The notes beneath the pieces were generated by a model. That model had not been told where the DNA came from, did no database searches, and was given only the letters and a program-made list of their open reading frames with translations. Position numbers and translations under genes: made by a program. Shown piece by piece: positions 19,969 to 31,058 of a stretch of DNA of 64,000 nt (position 1 is its first letter; each line of letters opens with the position of its first letter). This stretch comes from an uncultured Actinomycetes bacterium (lineage in GTDB: Bacteria; Actinomycetota; Thermoleophilia; UBA2241). The stretch spans positions 160,001 through 224,000 of the forward strand of contig CAVPVX010000001.1 of assembly GCA_963709345.1 (NCBI GenBank). Direction: 5' to 3'.

Positions 19969-20183
19969 GTCGGCTCCCGTTGCAGGTGTCAAGCCGGGCG
20001 GCTTGCCCGTCCCGGCGCCACCGCCGGGCAAGGCCGAGACGGCACCCGCCACGCCGTCCCGCCATTCACCCCATGTTCATGCCTCACCGGCGCTGGGTAC
20101 TCACGGTCATCTGGTCGCATTCTCGCTAGCGTCGACTGCCCGCTCGTCGAGCGGGTCGTGAAGTCAGGGGTAGGGGGCGTCAC

Positions 20184-22664
20184 GTGGACACGCGGCATGG
20201 ATCACTTGCCGATCTCGTCGACCTGGAGCGCCTTCAGGCGATGTGCGACAGCCTCTCGCAGTCGACGGGCATGGTCCTCGCCGTCCTCACCCCGGACGGA
20301 GACGTCCTCGTGGCCTCGGGTTGGCAGGACATCTGCACGCAGTTCCATCGCGCCAGCGAGAACGGCCTCGTGGGGTGCATCGAGAGCGACACGACGATCA
20401 CCCGGCGGCTGGCTGAGACCGTCTCCGCGCCCGAGCACATCGAATACCGGTGCGCGAACGGCCTGTGGGACGTGGCCTTCCCGCTCGTTGTGGCCGACGA
20501 GCACCTGGCCAACGTCTTCACGGGCCAGTTCTTCTATGATGACGACGACGTGGATACTGCCGGGTTCCAGGCGCAGGCTCGACGGCTCGGGTTCGACGAG
20601 GCAGCGTACCTCGCGGCGCTCGAGCGGGTGCCGGTGCTGCCCCACGAGCGCGTCGCACAGACCATCGCCTTTCTCGGCGACTTCGTGAAGGTGCTCGCCG
20701 ACCTGGGTCTGAGCGCGCTGCGGGGCGAGCAGGAACGGGAGGCTCTCGCCGTCAGCTCGAAGCGCTATCTCTCCCTCTTCGAGAACATGACCGAGGCCGT
20801 GGCGCTCCATGAGCTGGTCCGCGACGAGCACGGCCGGCCGGTGGACTACCGCCTCCTGGCGGTGAACCCCGCCTTCACCGGCCAGACCGGCATCAGCGTG
20901 GGGCAGGTGAGCGGCCGACTTGCCACTGAGGTCTACGGCACGGTCGAGGCGCCGTACCTCGACGAATTCGCGCGCACCACAGTCACGGGCGGTCCTGTCC
21001 GCGTCGAGGCGCATTTCGAGTCGCTGGACCGGCTCTTCGACATGACCGTCGTGAGGCAGTCGGACGACGGCTTTGCGACCATCTTCTCCGACATCACGGA
21101 GAGGAGACGGGCGGAGGACGCCTTGCGGGAGAGCGAGGAGCGCTTCCGGAGTTTCTTCGAGCTCACCGAGGATCTGGTCGTCATCTCCGATATCGAGAGC
21201 CGCTTCCTCGAGGTCAACTCCGCTTGGTCCAGGACGCTCGGGTACTCGCGAGCCGAGCTGCTCGGCAAGCCCTATCTGGAGTTCGTACACCCCGACGATC
21301 TGGAAAAGACCAAGAGGGTCATCGCCGAGCAAATGAAGAGTGGAAAGACCATCGTCTCCTTCGAGAACCGCTACGTCCGCAGAGACGGGAGTGTCGTCTG
21401 GCTGGAATGGAGCGCGAGACCGCAGGTCGCGGAAGACCGCAGCTTCGCGATCGCCAGGGACGTCACGCAGCGCAAGCAAGCCGAGGCGGCGCTGCGGGAC
21501 AGCGAAGCCGCCCTGCGTGCCGTCCTCGACGCGACGCCGTTCCCGGTCGCGCTGGTCGACACCGAGGACGACACTATCGACTACTGGAGCAGCAGCGCCC
21601 TCGCTCTCTTCGGGCACACCGCACCCACGGCAGCCGAGTGGTACGAGCTGGCGTACCCCGATCCGGAGTATCGGCGGACGGTGATCGAGCGCTGGAAGCC
21701 TCCTCTCGAGGAGGCACGACGCTCGGGCGAGCCCGTCAACACCGGTGAGTATCGCATCGCCTGCCACGACGGCTCCGAGCGGATCTGTGAGCTCTACGCC
21801 ACCTTCGTGGCAGACCGGCTCGTGGTCACGTTCAACGACATCACCCAGCGCAAACGGGCAGAAGAGGAGACGCGCCAGCTCAACGTCGAGCTGGAACAGA
21901 GGGTACGCGACCGCACGGCGCAGTTCGAGGCGAAGAACGAGGAGCTCAGGAGCTTCGCCTACACGGTGTCGCACGACCTCAAAGCGCCGCTCCGCGGTAT
22001 CGCCGGCTACGCCGACGAGCTCGACCGGCGCCACCGCGAAGGACTCAGCGAGCGTGCCGACTTCTGCGTCACCCAGATCCTCACGGCGACCAGGAACATG
22101 GATCTACTCATCGAGGACCTGCTGCGCTACTCGCGCATGGACGCCGAGACGGCGTCCCTCACCGAGGTGCGCATCCACGACGTGTCGAAGCCATCCTGAG
22201 AGACCGGCGCCTGGTGATCGGCGAGCAAGCCGTCGAGGTGACCGTGGACATCCCCTTCGCCACGCTGCGGGCGTGGGAGCGCGGGCTGGTCGCAGGTCCT
22301 GGCCAACCTGATCGACAACGCGATCAAGTTCAGCCGGGACGCCGACCCCCCGCGGATCCGCGTCCGAGGCGAGGAGTCCGAGACAGCATGGATGCTGAGC
22401 GTCGCCGACAACGGGGTCGGCTTCGACATGAAGTACCACGACCGCATCTTCGGGCTGTTCAATCGCCTGGTGCGTGCGGAGGAGTTCGAGGGCACCGGAG
22501 CCGGATTGGCGATCGCCAAGAAAGTGCTGGAGAAGCAGGGCGGGCGGATCTGGGCGGAGTCCGAGCCGGCCCGTGGCGCGACGTTCTTCGTGGAACTGCC
22601 GAAGACGCATCCGCCACAGGCCCGCACGACACCATCACGCAAGGCTGGTCGGGACGATGAGTGA
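20184..22664 (+). pseudogene. PocR-PAS-PAS-PAS sensor histidine kinase with two frameshifts (~22185, ~22291)
   Basis: PocR (SGWQDICTQFHR, YRCANGL), three PAS domains, H-box SHDLKAPLR; the HATPase (NLIDNAIKF, DNGVGFD, GTGAGL) continues in shifted frames. Confidence 0.85.
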
Positions 22665-23130
22665 ACCTGAGTCGATGAGCGCAAGTCTGGTCCCGAGGCC
22701 CATCCTGGTGGTCGAGGACAACCCCATGGACCTCGATTTCATGCTCCAGGCATTCCTGGAGCACAGCGTGGCCAACCCGGTGGCCGTCTGCCGCGACGGC
22801 GAAGAAGCGCTGGAGTACATCGATGCCCACGCCACACCCGACGACAGGGGATTGCCACTGCTGGTGCTTCTGGACCTGAGACTGCCCAAGGTCGACGGTA
22901 TCGACGTACTCGGCCACGCGCGTCGGCATCCCGTCTGGAAGCAGATCCCCTTCATCATCGTCACCACGTCCCACGAGGACGCCGACATCGCCCGTGCCTA
23001 CGAGCTCGGCGTCAACTCGTACATCGTCAAACCGGTGAACTTCAGCGCGTTCACCGAGGTCGTCAAGCAGATCAAGGTGTTCTGGCTTCTCATGAACGTG
23101 CCACCATTCCCGAACGGGGAGGGCCTCTAG
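22657..23130 (+). CDS. Single-domain response regulator (Rcp1-like)
   Basis: ILVVEDN, LLDLRLPKVDG, AYELGVNSYIVKP. Confidence 0.93.
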   Translation: MSEPESMSASLVPRPILVVEDNPMDLDFMLQAFLEHSVANPVAVCRDGEEALEYIDAHATPDDRGLPLLVLLDLRLPKVDGIDVLGHARRHPVWKQIPFIIVTTSHEDADIARAYELGVNSYIVKPVNFSAFTEVVKQIKVFWLLMNVPPFPNGEGL

Positions 23131-23132
23131 CC

Positions 23133-24752
23133 GTGGACGGGACCATCCGCCTCCTGTACGCCGAAGACAACCCGCAGGACGCCGACCAGACGAGGTACGA
23201 CCTGTGCGAAGTCGCGGGCGGGTTCACCGTCGAGATCGCGGACACCGGGCAGCAATGCCTCGACCGCCTGCGTGAGGCGGAGTTCGACCTGCTCCTTCTC
23301 GACCATCACTTGCCTGACATGGACGGGCTGGACGTATTGGCCACCTTGGTCCAGGAGGGCGCCAGCGTGCCCGTCGTCATGGTGACGGGAATCGGTGATG
23401 AGACCCTTGTGGTGAAGGCGCTGCGCCTCGGGGCGGCCGACTACGTCCCCAAGCAGGGCCGCTACCTCGAGACGCTACCAGACCTCATCCGCAGCGTCGT
23501 GGAGGCACATCGCGAGCAGAAGCGTCGCGGCCTGACCGGGGCCGTCGCGCCGCGAAGGATCCTGTACATCGAACACCAGCCGATGGACGTCGAGCTGACC
23601 CTGCGGCATTTCGCCGAGGCCGCGCCGCACTTCTCGGTGGACATCATCGATAACTGCACCGCAGCACTGGCGCGGCTGGAGGAGCCGCACGACTACGACA
23701 TCGTGCTGGTCGACCTGCGAATGCCCGACATGAGCGGCCTCGACTTCGCCCGTGAGGCCAAGCGCCTCTGCGACATGCCGCCGTTCGTCATGGTCACCGG
23801 TCAGGGCGACGATGCCGCCGCGATCGCCACCTTGCGGCTTGGCGCGGCTGACTACATCGCCAAGCGCACCGGGTATCTCGACCAGTTCGTGTACGCCATC
23901 GAGCAGGTCGTCACGAGCGACCAGCTGAGCAAGGCAAACGAGCATCTCCAGGCCGAGTTGGCCGAGCGCCGGCGCGTTGAGGACGAGGTGCGGCGTCTCA
24001 ACGCCGAGCTCGAGCAGCGTGTCGCGGCCCGCACCGCCGATCTGGAAGCAGCCAACCACGAGCTCGAGTCGTTCGCCTACTCGGTCTCGCACGACCTGCG
24101 CGCCCCGCTGCGCGCCCTCGACGGTTTCAGCCAGGTGCTGATCGAGGACTACTCCGAGGTGCTCGGCGAGGAGGGCCGCGCCCACCTCGAGCGCATCCGC
24201 GCCGCCGACGCCCGCATGGGCACCCTGATCGACGCCCTGCTCGAGCTCTCGCGCCTCAACCGCGGCGAGTTACGGCGGGAGAGACTCGACCTCTCGGCGA
24301 TGGCGCACGAGTTGGGCGCCGGCCTGGCCGAAGCCGATCCGGAGCGCCACGTCGAGTTGGTGGTCACCGAAGGCCTTGCGGCCCAGGCGGATCGGGAGCT
24401 CGCCCGCGCCCTGCTCGCCAACCTCATCGGCAACGCCTGGAAGTTCACCAGCAAACACGAGCGGGCGCGCATCGAGATCGGCGCCGAAGAACGCGACGAT
24501 GGAGCCGCCTTCTTCGTGCGCGACGACGGGGCCGGCTTCGAGATGGCCTACGCCGAGAAGCTCTTCGGCGCCTTCCAGCGTCTGCACGGCGCGGACGAGT
24601 TCGAGGGCCTCGGCATCGGCCTCGCCACCGTGCAGCGCATCGTGCGTCGGCATGGCGGACGGGTGTGGGCCGAAGGCGCGGTGGAGCAGGGCGCGACGTT
24701 CTTCTTCACGTTGCCGGCGGCTGCTGGCGAGGACTCACCGGCGGGTCTGTGA
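23133..24752 (+). CDS. Hybrid REC-REC-HisKA-HATPase sensor kinase
   Basis: Two receiver domains, SHDLRAPLR, NAWKFT, DDGAGF, GIGLATVQR. Confidence 0.93.
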   Translation: MDGTIRLLYAEDNPQDADQTRYDLCEVAGGFTVEIADTGQQCLDRLREAEFDLLLLDHHLPDMDGLDVLATLVQEGASVPVVMVTGIGDETLVVKALRLGAADYVPKQGRYLETLPDLIRSVVEAHREQKRRGLTGAVAPRRILYIEHQPMDVELTLRHFAEAAPHFSVDIIDNCTAALARLEEPHDYDIVLVDLRMPDMSGLDFAREAKRLCDMPPFVMVTGQGDDAAAIATLRLGAADYIAKRTGYLDQFVYAIEQVVTSDQLSKANEHLQAELAERRRVEDEVRRLNAELEQRVAARTADLEAANHELESFAYSVSHDLRAPLRALDGFSQVLIEDYSEVLGEEGRAHLERIRAADARMGTLIDALLELSRLNRGELRRERLDLSAMAHELGAGLAEADPERHVELVVTEGLAAQADRELARALLANLIGNAWKFTSKHERARIEIGAEERDDGAAFFVRDDGAGFEMAYAEKLFGAFQRLHGADEFEGLGIGLATVQRIVRRHGGRVWAEGAVEQGATFFFTLPAAAGEDSPAGL

Positions 24753-24869
24753 GTTCCGTCGCTTGCGATGATCTGAGCTGGGCAGGCGGTCAGACGCAGA
24801 GGGCGATCAGACGTAGCCGCCGTGCGGTCGCATCAAGGCCCAGTCCGGACCAGGACGGGACGGCCAGAC

Positions 24870-25006
24870 GCACGCATCTGGGCACGCATCTGGGTTGCAT
24901 CGGTGTCAGTCTGAGTCCGTTGGGATTCCCGACTCAGTGGGGCACCGCGATTTCGCTGCACATCACTTGTGGGCGCACGTGGATTCGAACCACAGACCTC
25001 TCCCTT
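24870..25006 (-). mobile_element. att-like junction: degenerate 3' half of tRNA-Ile(GAT) plus arm-type repeats
   Basis: 24969-25006 gtgggcgcacgtggattcgaaccacagacctctccctt matches 46120-46157 with 3 mismatches; adjacent gcacgcatctgg x2 and gggttgcat. Confidence 0.75.
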
Positions 25007-25010
25007 GCCA

Positions 25011-26234
25011 TCACTCTGCTTCCCGGCGCGGCGGAAGCGGTGGTAGCGCCGCATCCGCCACAAGCAGACCGACCACGAGACCGGCCGCGATGACCAGCAC
25101 CGCGGCGAGGATCTGCAGGCTACCGGTCGCGCTGCGCAGGAAGACAGAGATGCCGCGGAACCCGAGGGCGCCGGGCACCAGCACCGCCAAGGCCGGCAGC
25201 AGCGGCACAGCGGCCGGCCGTCTCGCAAGGCGCGCGTAGAGGTTGCTCCCCAGACCGACCATGAGACTGGCCACCGCAACGCCCACGATGGGACCCAGAA
25301 GCCAAGCACCGAAGCGGGCGCCGAGAACGGCGCCCGTCACGGCAGCGGCCACAACCCACACGTCCCGCGGCCGCGAGTTCGTGGTCACCATGAGGGCCGC
25401 GGTGCTGCCCACCACCGCGAGCAGCGTGAGCCACGCGTACGGGCCGGCGTGGGAGGGTGCGGACGGCGGCACCAGATCCAGCTTGGCGAAGGCCGCGTAG
25501 CCCATAGCCACGCCAAACCCCAAGCTCACAAGCGTCACCACGGCGCCGGCCAGGCGTGCTGTACCCGAGACGAGGTGGCGCACCGCCAGCTCAGATACCG
25601 CGAGCGTGATGCTCAGTCCGGGTAGCAACAGGATGATCCCGGCGAGCACGACGGTGGAGAGGTGGAAGTGCGGCAAGATGTGCCCGAGGGCCAGCGTGAG
25701 CACGGCCGCCAGGAAGCCGGCGAGCAGTTCGAGGAGGCTGGTCAGGCGCTGCATGCGCCGCGCCGCAACAACCGTGGCGCCGACGGCCAGCCCGACCGGC
25801 ACGGAGGCAATGACCTCGCGAACGCCGCCACCCAGAATGACACTGATGGCGGCGGCGGCCAGCCCGGCCGCAAGCACACGCATGTACCAGGGGAAGCGGA
25901 GAGGGCTGACCGTGATGAGCCGGACCTCGGCGAGCCCCTGCGCAGCCGAAATGCGCCTCTCGGTCACCGCGCGCAGTGTCACGTTCAGTTCGTCGAGAGC
26001 CTGGAGGTCGATGGCGGTATCACGCGTGTGGAGCAGGCGTGTGTGCATCTCCACGCCGTGACCGTATGAGACGAAGACGGCGGTGGGCACCGAGAACATG
26101 GCGAACTCGACGCCGAGCGTAGCGGCGCAGGCGAACAGGCCGTCCTCGATGACGTCGGCCGTCTGGCCGTAGCGCGACAGCGCGGTGGCCATGGCGGCCA
26201 GGAACTCCCGGCTTGTGTCTTGTGGCTCCCCCAT
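25011..26234 (-). CDS. Threonine/serine exporter (ThrE family)
   Basis: ~10 TM segments; PTAV, LLPGLSIT, VSGTARL, LVPG motifs. Confidence 0.88.
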   Translation of the reverse strand: MGEPQDTSREFLAAMATALSRYGQTADVIEDGLFACAATLGVEFAMFSVPTAVFVSYGHGVEMHTRLLHTRDTAIDLQALDELNVTLRAVTERRISAAQGLAEVRLITVSPLRFPWYMRVLAAGLAAAAISVILGGGVREVIASVPVGLAVGATVVAARRMQRLTSLLELLAGFLAAVLTLALGHILPHFHLSTVVLAGIILLLPGLSITLAVSELAVRHLVSGTARLAGAVVTLVSLGFGVAMGYAAFAKLDLVPPSAPSHAGPYAWLTLLAVVGSTAALMVTTNSRPRDVWVVAAAVTGAVLGARFGAWLLGPIVGVAVASLMVGLGSNLYARLARRPAAVPLLPALAVLVPGALGFRGISVFLRSATGSLQILAAVLVIAAGLVVGLLVADAALPPLPPRREAE

Positions 26235-26572
26235 GTAGCCCCGACTCTACCCCAAGGGTGGCGAAGACCCAGCGCCGGGAATGCAGGTGGAAGCGGCCGC
26301 CAAGATCGAGGCGGGTCTGCGGGAGTCACTGGCGGGATAGCTGAAGGCCGGTCGCCTGGGGCCTGACGGAATACGCAGCTGGGCCGAGACCCGCGGCAGC
26401 AGGCCCGGAACACCCTCCGGGTGCGGCGATTCTGGCGCTGCCCAAGTGGTCGACGACGACCACCACGCCGTGGTTTGGCAGACGGCCGGCAAGCTGCGCC
26501 GACGTCCGGTACGACGCGGACGTCACAACGGGATTCGCGTTCGCCCGCTGAGGCTTCGCCCGCGAAGAAGCC

Positions 26573-27015
26573 TCAGCTGGGGGTGGGCGGCTCCGGCAGC
26601 GTGAAGTGGAAGGTCGCCCCCCCTCGATCTCCGCCTCGGCCCACACGAGACCGCCGTGCTTGGCCCCGAGTCGTCGCACGGTAGCCACGCCGATGCCGTC
26701 GCCCTCGAACTGCCCCGTCGTGTGGAAGCGCTGAAAGGCGGCGAAGAGATGCTCCGCACACCGGGGGGTCGAACTCGGCGCCGTCATCGCGTACGACGAC
26801 CGCCTGCTCACCGCCGCTGTCGGCGGTCAGCACCTCGACGTGTGCCTGTTCGTGTTTGGAGGTGGACTTCCTGGCCATACGGGTTCTCCGCGCGCAGTTC
26901 GCCGCATACGGCACCCGCCAGTCCGCTCAGGCCGACTCTCTCCACCTTCACGTCGGCCCGCGTGAGGCGAGACAGTCCAAGGATGTCGTCTATGAGCTGG
27001 CCCATACGCTGCGCC
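26573..27015 (-). pseudogene. Degenerate histidine kinase HisKA/HATPase fragment
   Basis: [35 protein letters not shown] and GATFHFTLP are spread over several frames. Confidence 0.8.
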
Positions 27016-27202
27016 GCGGCTCACCTCACCGAGCAGCCATGGCGCAACCGCCTCACGCCGCGGGTGCGCGAGCCCGGCGACGACGAGGGGGAAGAGGAGA
27101 TCGGGGACTGGCTCGCCGCCTGTATAGCAGGCGACGCAGAGACTGGTCATCCTCGCCGACGAAGAGGCCGGAGTGCAGCTGGCCCACCTGACGACGGCCG
27201 AG

Positions 27203-27256
27203 CGAACGCGACGGGGCGGGGCGCCTGGCTTGTGGCGCCCCGCCCCGTCGCGTTCG
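27203..27256. terminator. 23-bp perfect GC-rich hairpin downstream of the 27303-28121 gene
   Basis: cgaacgcgacggggcggggcgcc - 8 nt loop - ggcgccccgccccgtcgcgttcg. Confidence 0.7.
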
Positions 27257-27302
27257 GGCGAGCCGCGGCGGAAGGGCGCCGCCGCGGCTCAGTGGAGTCC
27301 GG

Positions 27303-28121
27303 TCAGATGGTCGGCGTCACCGGCGTGGTCTCCGCGCCGCCGGGGGCCGTCTCACCGTCGAGGGAGGGCTCGCCGCCGCCGAAGCCGCCGCCGGGGCCCA
27401 TGAGCCCGCCGTCATTGAACCCGCTCTTGAACCCGCCGTCCATCGAGCCGCCGTCCATGCCGCCGCCGCGCTTGCCGAAGAACCCGGCGCGGCCTTCCGG
27501 CAGCTCGACGCCGTACTTGGCGGCCAGCTTCTTCATGGCGCTGCCGGCGTCCTCGCGCAGCGTCTGCATCGCCTCACGAGCCTTGGCGCTGGTGGGGTCG
27601 TCACCGTACTTGTCCCACCATGCGTCCATCGCCTTCTGTTGCGTGTCGCGCACGCTGTTCAGATCCGCGCGAAAGGCGTCGTTGCTCATGAGCTCGCGGA
27701 TCTTCTCGCGGGCCTGCTCGGCCTTCTCGCGGGCCTGCTCCATCGCCGAGGTGTCCACGCCGTACTTTTCGAGCAGGGCGTTCATCTCGGTGCGCTGCGC
27801 CTCGCGCAGCGTCTGCTGTGCCGCACGCGCTTCGGTGCTGGTGGGGTCGTCACCGTACTTGTCCCACCACGCGTCCCTGGCCGTCTGCTGCTTGTCGCGC
27901 TGGGCGTTCAGGTCGGCCCGGAACGCGTCGTCTTTCATCAACTCGCCCAACTGCTGGCGCAGTCCCGTGCCGTCGGCGCCGCTGGTGCTGGTCACGTAAG
28001 ACGTGAGCTCGGCGGCTTCCGCGGTGCTTCCGCCCTTCTGAAGGAGGAACACCCCCCCGATGGTGACGGCGACGGCCGCCGCTCCGATGCATGCAAGGGT
28101 GATCACTCGTCTGTGCTTCAT
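27303..28121 (-). CDS. Exported helical repeat protein (Spy/CpxP-like character), two ~80-aa repeats
   Basis: N-terminal signal/TM; DAFRADLN..DAWWDKYGDDPTS..KYGV occurs twice; Gly/Met-rich tail. Confidence 0.8.
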   Translation of the reverse strand: MKHRRVITLACIGAAAVAVTIGGVFLLQKGGSTAEAAELTSYVTSTSGADGTGLRQQLGELMKDDAFRADLNAQRDKQQTARDAWWDKYGDDPTSTEARAAQQTLREAQRTEMNALLEKYGVDTSAMEQAREKAEQAREKIRELMSNDAFRADLNSVRDTQQKAMDAWWDKYGDDPTSAKAREAMQTLREDAGSAMKKLAAKYGVELPEGRAGFFGKRGGGMDGGSMDGGFKSGFNDGGLMGPGGGFGGGEPSLDGETAPGGAETTPVTPTI

Positions 28122-28229
28122 GGCCTGCTCCCTTCCTCTCGCGTCTCCGGGCGTCGAGCCCGGGGACCGTCGTTGGCCTGATCACACCGTGAGTGTGCGA
28201 CCCGAGGCTGGGATGAGGCTCGGAAGAAC

Positions 28230-28246
28230 CTGAGAACCCGGTGAGA
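28230..28246 (-). promoter_or_regulatory. Putative OmpR-family (MprA-like) direct-repeat box
   Basis: Minus strand TCTCAC-N5-TCTCAG, upstream of the repeat-protein gene. Confidence 0.4.
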
Positions 28247-28480
28247 GTCGCCGAACGACCCGTGAAGGGCCGGGTCGACGCGCGTCCCGCTCACTGAGAA
28301 AGGCGGCCTCGAGGGCCGCTATTCCGTGGGCCAGGTCACAGGATCGGTGACGTTCGTCTTCATCATCGCGGCTTTGCCGCACGCCGGGCAGGTCAAGCGC
28401 TTCGTCGACATCACGTGCACCAGCGTGGGATGCCACGGCTCTTCGAAGACCACGCCGCATGTACCGCCGCAGGACGCGGG

Positions 28481-28905
28481 TCAAGCACCGGCTCTCTCGA
28501 GCGCGTCGTCCAGATCCTCAAGGAGACCCCGATCACGTATCTGGCTGATGACCACCACCGTGTCGCCGAATGTGTACACCAAGGCGTTCGGCAGCCGTCG
28601 CATGGGATACTGGATCCGCGAGAAGGCCGCGTCGCGCGCCTCACGACTGTCGAAGGGCAGGACGCCAACGAGCAGCCCCTCTGCGGACGAGCCTGGACGT
28701 GAGACCGTGTACCACGTGGCCTCTTGACCGCCCGGTGCAGATTGGGAGCGGTGCCTTCAGCCGTCACTTCACCACCGGCGGCGCCGACGGCCGCCCGGAT
28801 GTCCGGCGGTGCCGAGGAGAAGTCGTCGTGCCCACAGGCAGCCGGCAAGAAAGCCAGCACGACGACGACGATCGTGAGGACGAGCGCTCGCGATCGGCCG
28901 CTCAT
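28481..28905 (-). pseudogene. Lipoprotein, frameshifted near 28730
   Basis: Lipobox LPAAC; protein-like continuation QEATWYTVSRPG...LDDALERAGA* in another frame. Confidence 0.6.
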
Positions 28906-29530
28906 GAGGCACCTCCCTTCGGCGTGTCGTCGGCAGGGGGCGTCGCCGCCGGGTCTTCACCGGTCTCTAGATAAGCGGCGGCGTTGTCGGCCACCCACCC
29001 AGGCTTACGGAAGATCCAGATCACGAGCGGTCCGCCGATGGACAACGCGAAGGACAGCGCCAGCAGCAGAAGCGCATACGGTACCGTCCCGATGCCCGTG
29101 ACCACCGACGGCGGCAGCAGGCCGACGATGAACGAGAAGGCGAGTGCCACGATGGCGACGCCGGCGACGATCCACACCCCGGCCATGCCCCCGGGGATGC
29201 GGTACGCGCGCAGCGTGTCGGGCTGCGTGTAGCGCAACTTGATCACCGCCGCGAACATGAAGAAGTACATGATGATGAGGATTTCCGTCGTCACCGCCGA
29301 GAGCACCCAGTAGGCCGAGTTGACCGACGGCATGAGCACGAAGGCGAGAGCGAAGGCCGACGAAATGACCGCCTGGATCAGCAGCACCGCGACCGGCGAC
29401 TGGTGACTGTTGTGCCGCCGCCACACGGGCGGCAGGTCGCCTTGCGCGGCCGCGACGCCGAGACCTTTGGCCGGTCCTCCCAGCCAGGTGCTCAGCTGTG
29501 CGATGGAGCCGACCGCGATCAGCACCGCCA
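28902..29530 (-). pseudogene. APC amino acid permease (GadC-like), C-terminal half only
   Basis: WLGGPAKGL, GDLPP, PSVNSAYWVLS, LRYTQPD.LRAYRIPGG; N-terminal TM segments missing. Confidence 0.8.
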
Positions 29531-29817
29531 TCGGTGGTGTGGAACGACCGGCAGGGAAGCGGGACACACGTGCATGACATTCATGCGGCGAAGGTCGACT
29601 GGACGACGCACACGGTCGGCACGCCATTCGCGATCGCCGCGGCCCCCGGGAAGACGGAAGCGCGGCCGGCTGTCTCCCGCGTCTCGACGGACGCGTAGTA
29701 CGTCGTCTGGCTCGAGAGCGGTGGCGGCGGAGACGGCACCGACCTGGCGACCAACACGCAGAGCAAGATCGGTCGCAGCCCGTTGCGCGTGCGCCGAGGG
29801 CGACGCGGCCGGCGACT

Positions 29818-30747
29818 CTACTCCAGACGCGCGCCGACGGCCAGCCCGGTGCCGGCGACCCACTCGCCGGCCGGCATCTTGGCGCCGCCGTCCGGCCGCA
29901 CGCGCGCAACGTGCACGCGGCCGTCGGCGCAGACGACCGTGAAGCCGGCGTCCGAGACCTCAGCGACCTCGCCGGCCGCGCCGGCGATACCCGCGGGGTC
30001 GCGGGCCAGCAGCGGGGTCGTCGAGAAGATCTGGAGGACCTGGCCACCGCACGTGGTCCAGGCGCCCGGCGCCGGGTCGCAGCCGCGGACCAGATCGTGG
30101 ATCTGCCGACACGGTCTTCCCCAGTCGAGGCGCGCGTTCTCGCGCTCGCACGGGGCCTCGTACGACGCCCGCGACTCGTCCTGCCGAGTCCGAGGCGCCT
30201 TCCCCGCGGCGATGAGGTCGACAGCCTCGAGCAGCGCCTCCACACCCATCGGGAGTAGTCGCTCGAAGTAGACGGAGCCGAGCGTGTCGGTGGCCGAGAT
30301 CGGCGTCCGCCTCTGCAGCAGCACGTCACCGGTGTCGATGCCTCCGTCCGGCCAGAAGATCGAGAGTCCCGTCTCGGTCTCGCCTTGGATGATCGGCCAG
30401 TTGATGGCGCTCCGCCCCCGGTGCTTCGGCAGGAGGGACGGGTGGTACTGGATCGTGCCGTGCGTCGGGATGCTCAAGAACTCCTCCGGCACGACCAGTG
30501 TGACGAACGCCATCACCTGCAGATCGGGCGCCAGGGCGCGGAACTCGTCCCACACGGCCGGGACGCGATAGGAGGCCGGCTGAGCGACCGGGAGTCCGGC
30601 TGCGAGTGCGGCCTCCTTGAGCGGATCCGGCCTGCCGCCCGCCTGCGCGGGCGCGGCGTAGACGGCGACGACGTCGTAGTCGCGCCCGAGCAGCGCCTCG
30701 AGCACCGCCTTGCCGAAGGCCTGCTGCCCGTGCACCACGATGCGCAT
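29818..30747 (-). CDS. Methionyl-tRNA formyltransferase-like formyltransferase
   Basis: MRIVVHGQQAFG, YHPSLLPKHRG.SAINW, DGGIDTG, RGCDPAPGAW. Confidence 0.9.
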   Translation of the reverse strand: MRIVVHGQQAFGKAVLEALLGRDYDVVAVYAAPAQAGGRPDPLKEAALAAGLPVAQPASYRVPAVWDEFRALAPDLQVMAFVTLVVPEEFLSIPTHGTIQYHPSLLPKHRGRSAINWPIIQGETETGLSIFWPDGGIDTGDVLLQRRTPISATDTLGSVYFERLLPMGVEALLEAVDLIAAGKAPRTRQDESRASYEAPCERENARLDWGRPCRQIHDLVRGCDPAPGAWTTCGGQVLQIFSTTPLLARDPAGIAGAAGEVAEVSDAGFTVVCADGRVHVARVRPDGGAKMPAGEWVAGTGLAVGARLE

Positions 30748-31058
30748 CCCGATCCCTCCCGTTCGCGACGGTCGCCCGGGCCGCGGCGTCCGGCAGCCGT
30801 CTCTCGTCGATGACCCTCCGCCAGATGGTATCGGAGATGAACCGTCGTGCGCAGCGAGCGCCGGCGTCAGCGTGCCGTTCGGGACAGCAGCCGCCAACCC
30901 ACCGACGGCGTCTGCCACGAGCGGTGCCACAACGACGCGAACGAGCGCGCGGAGCACAAGTGCGACGCGCGCATCTGCGTGCTCGTCAACCCGCTGCAGG
31001 CCCCGGACGGGGCGGGCGGGACGCTCCGTGCCGCCCTCCCGCCCGCCCTGAGGTCGAG

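Noticed and set aside
28319-28480. CGGTC...CPAC frame following an in-frame TGA as selenocysteine read-through
   Set aside because: No SECIS-like hairpin recognised and no start codon; more likely a zinc-ribbon fragment abutting the lipoprotein pseudogene.
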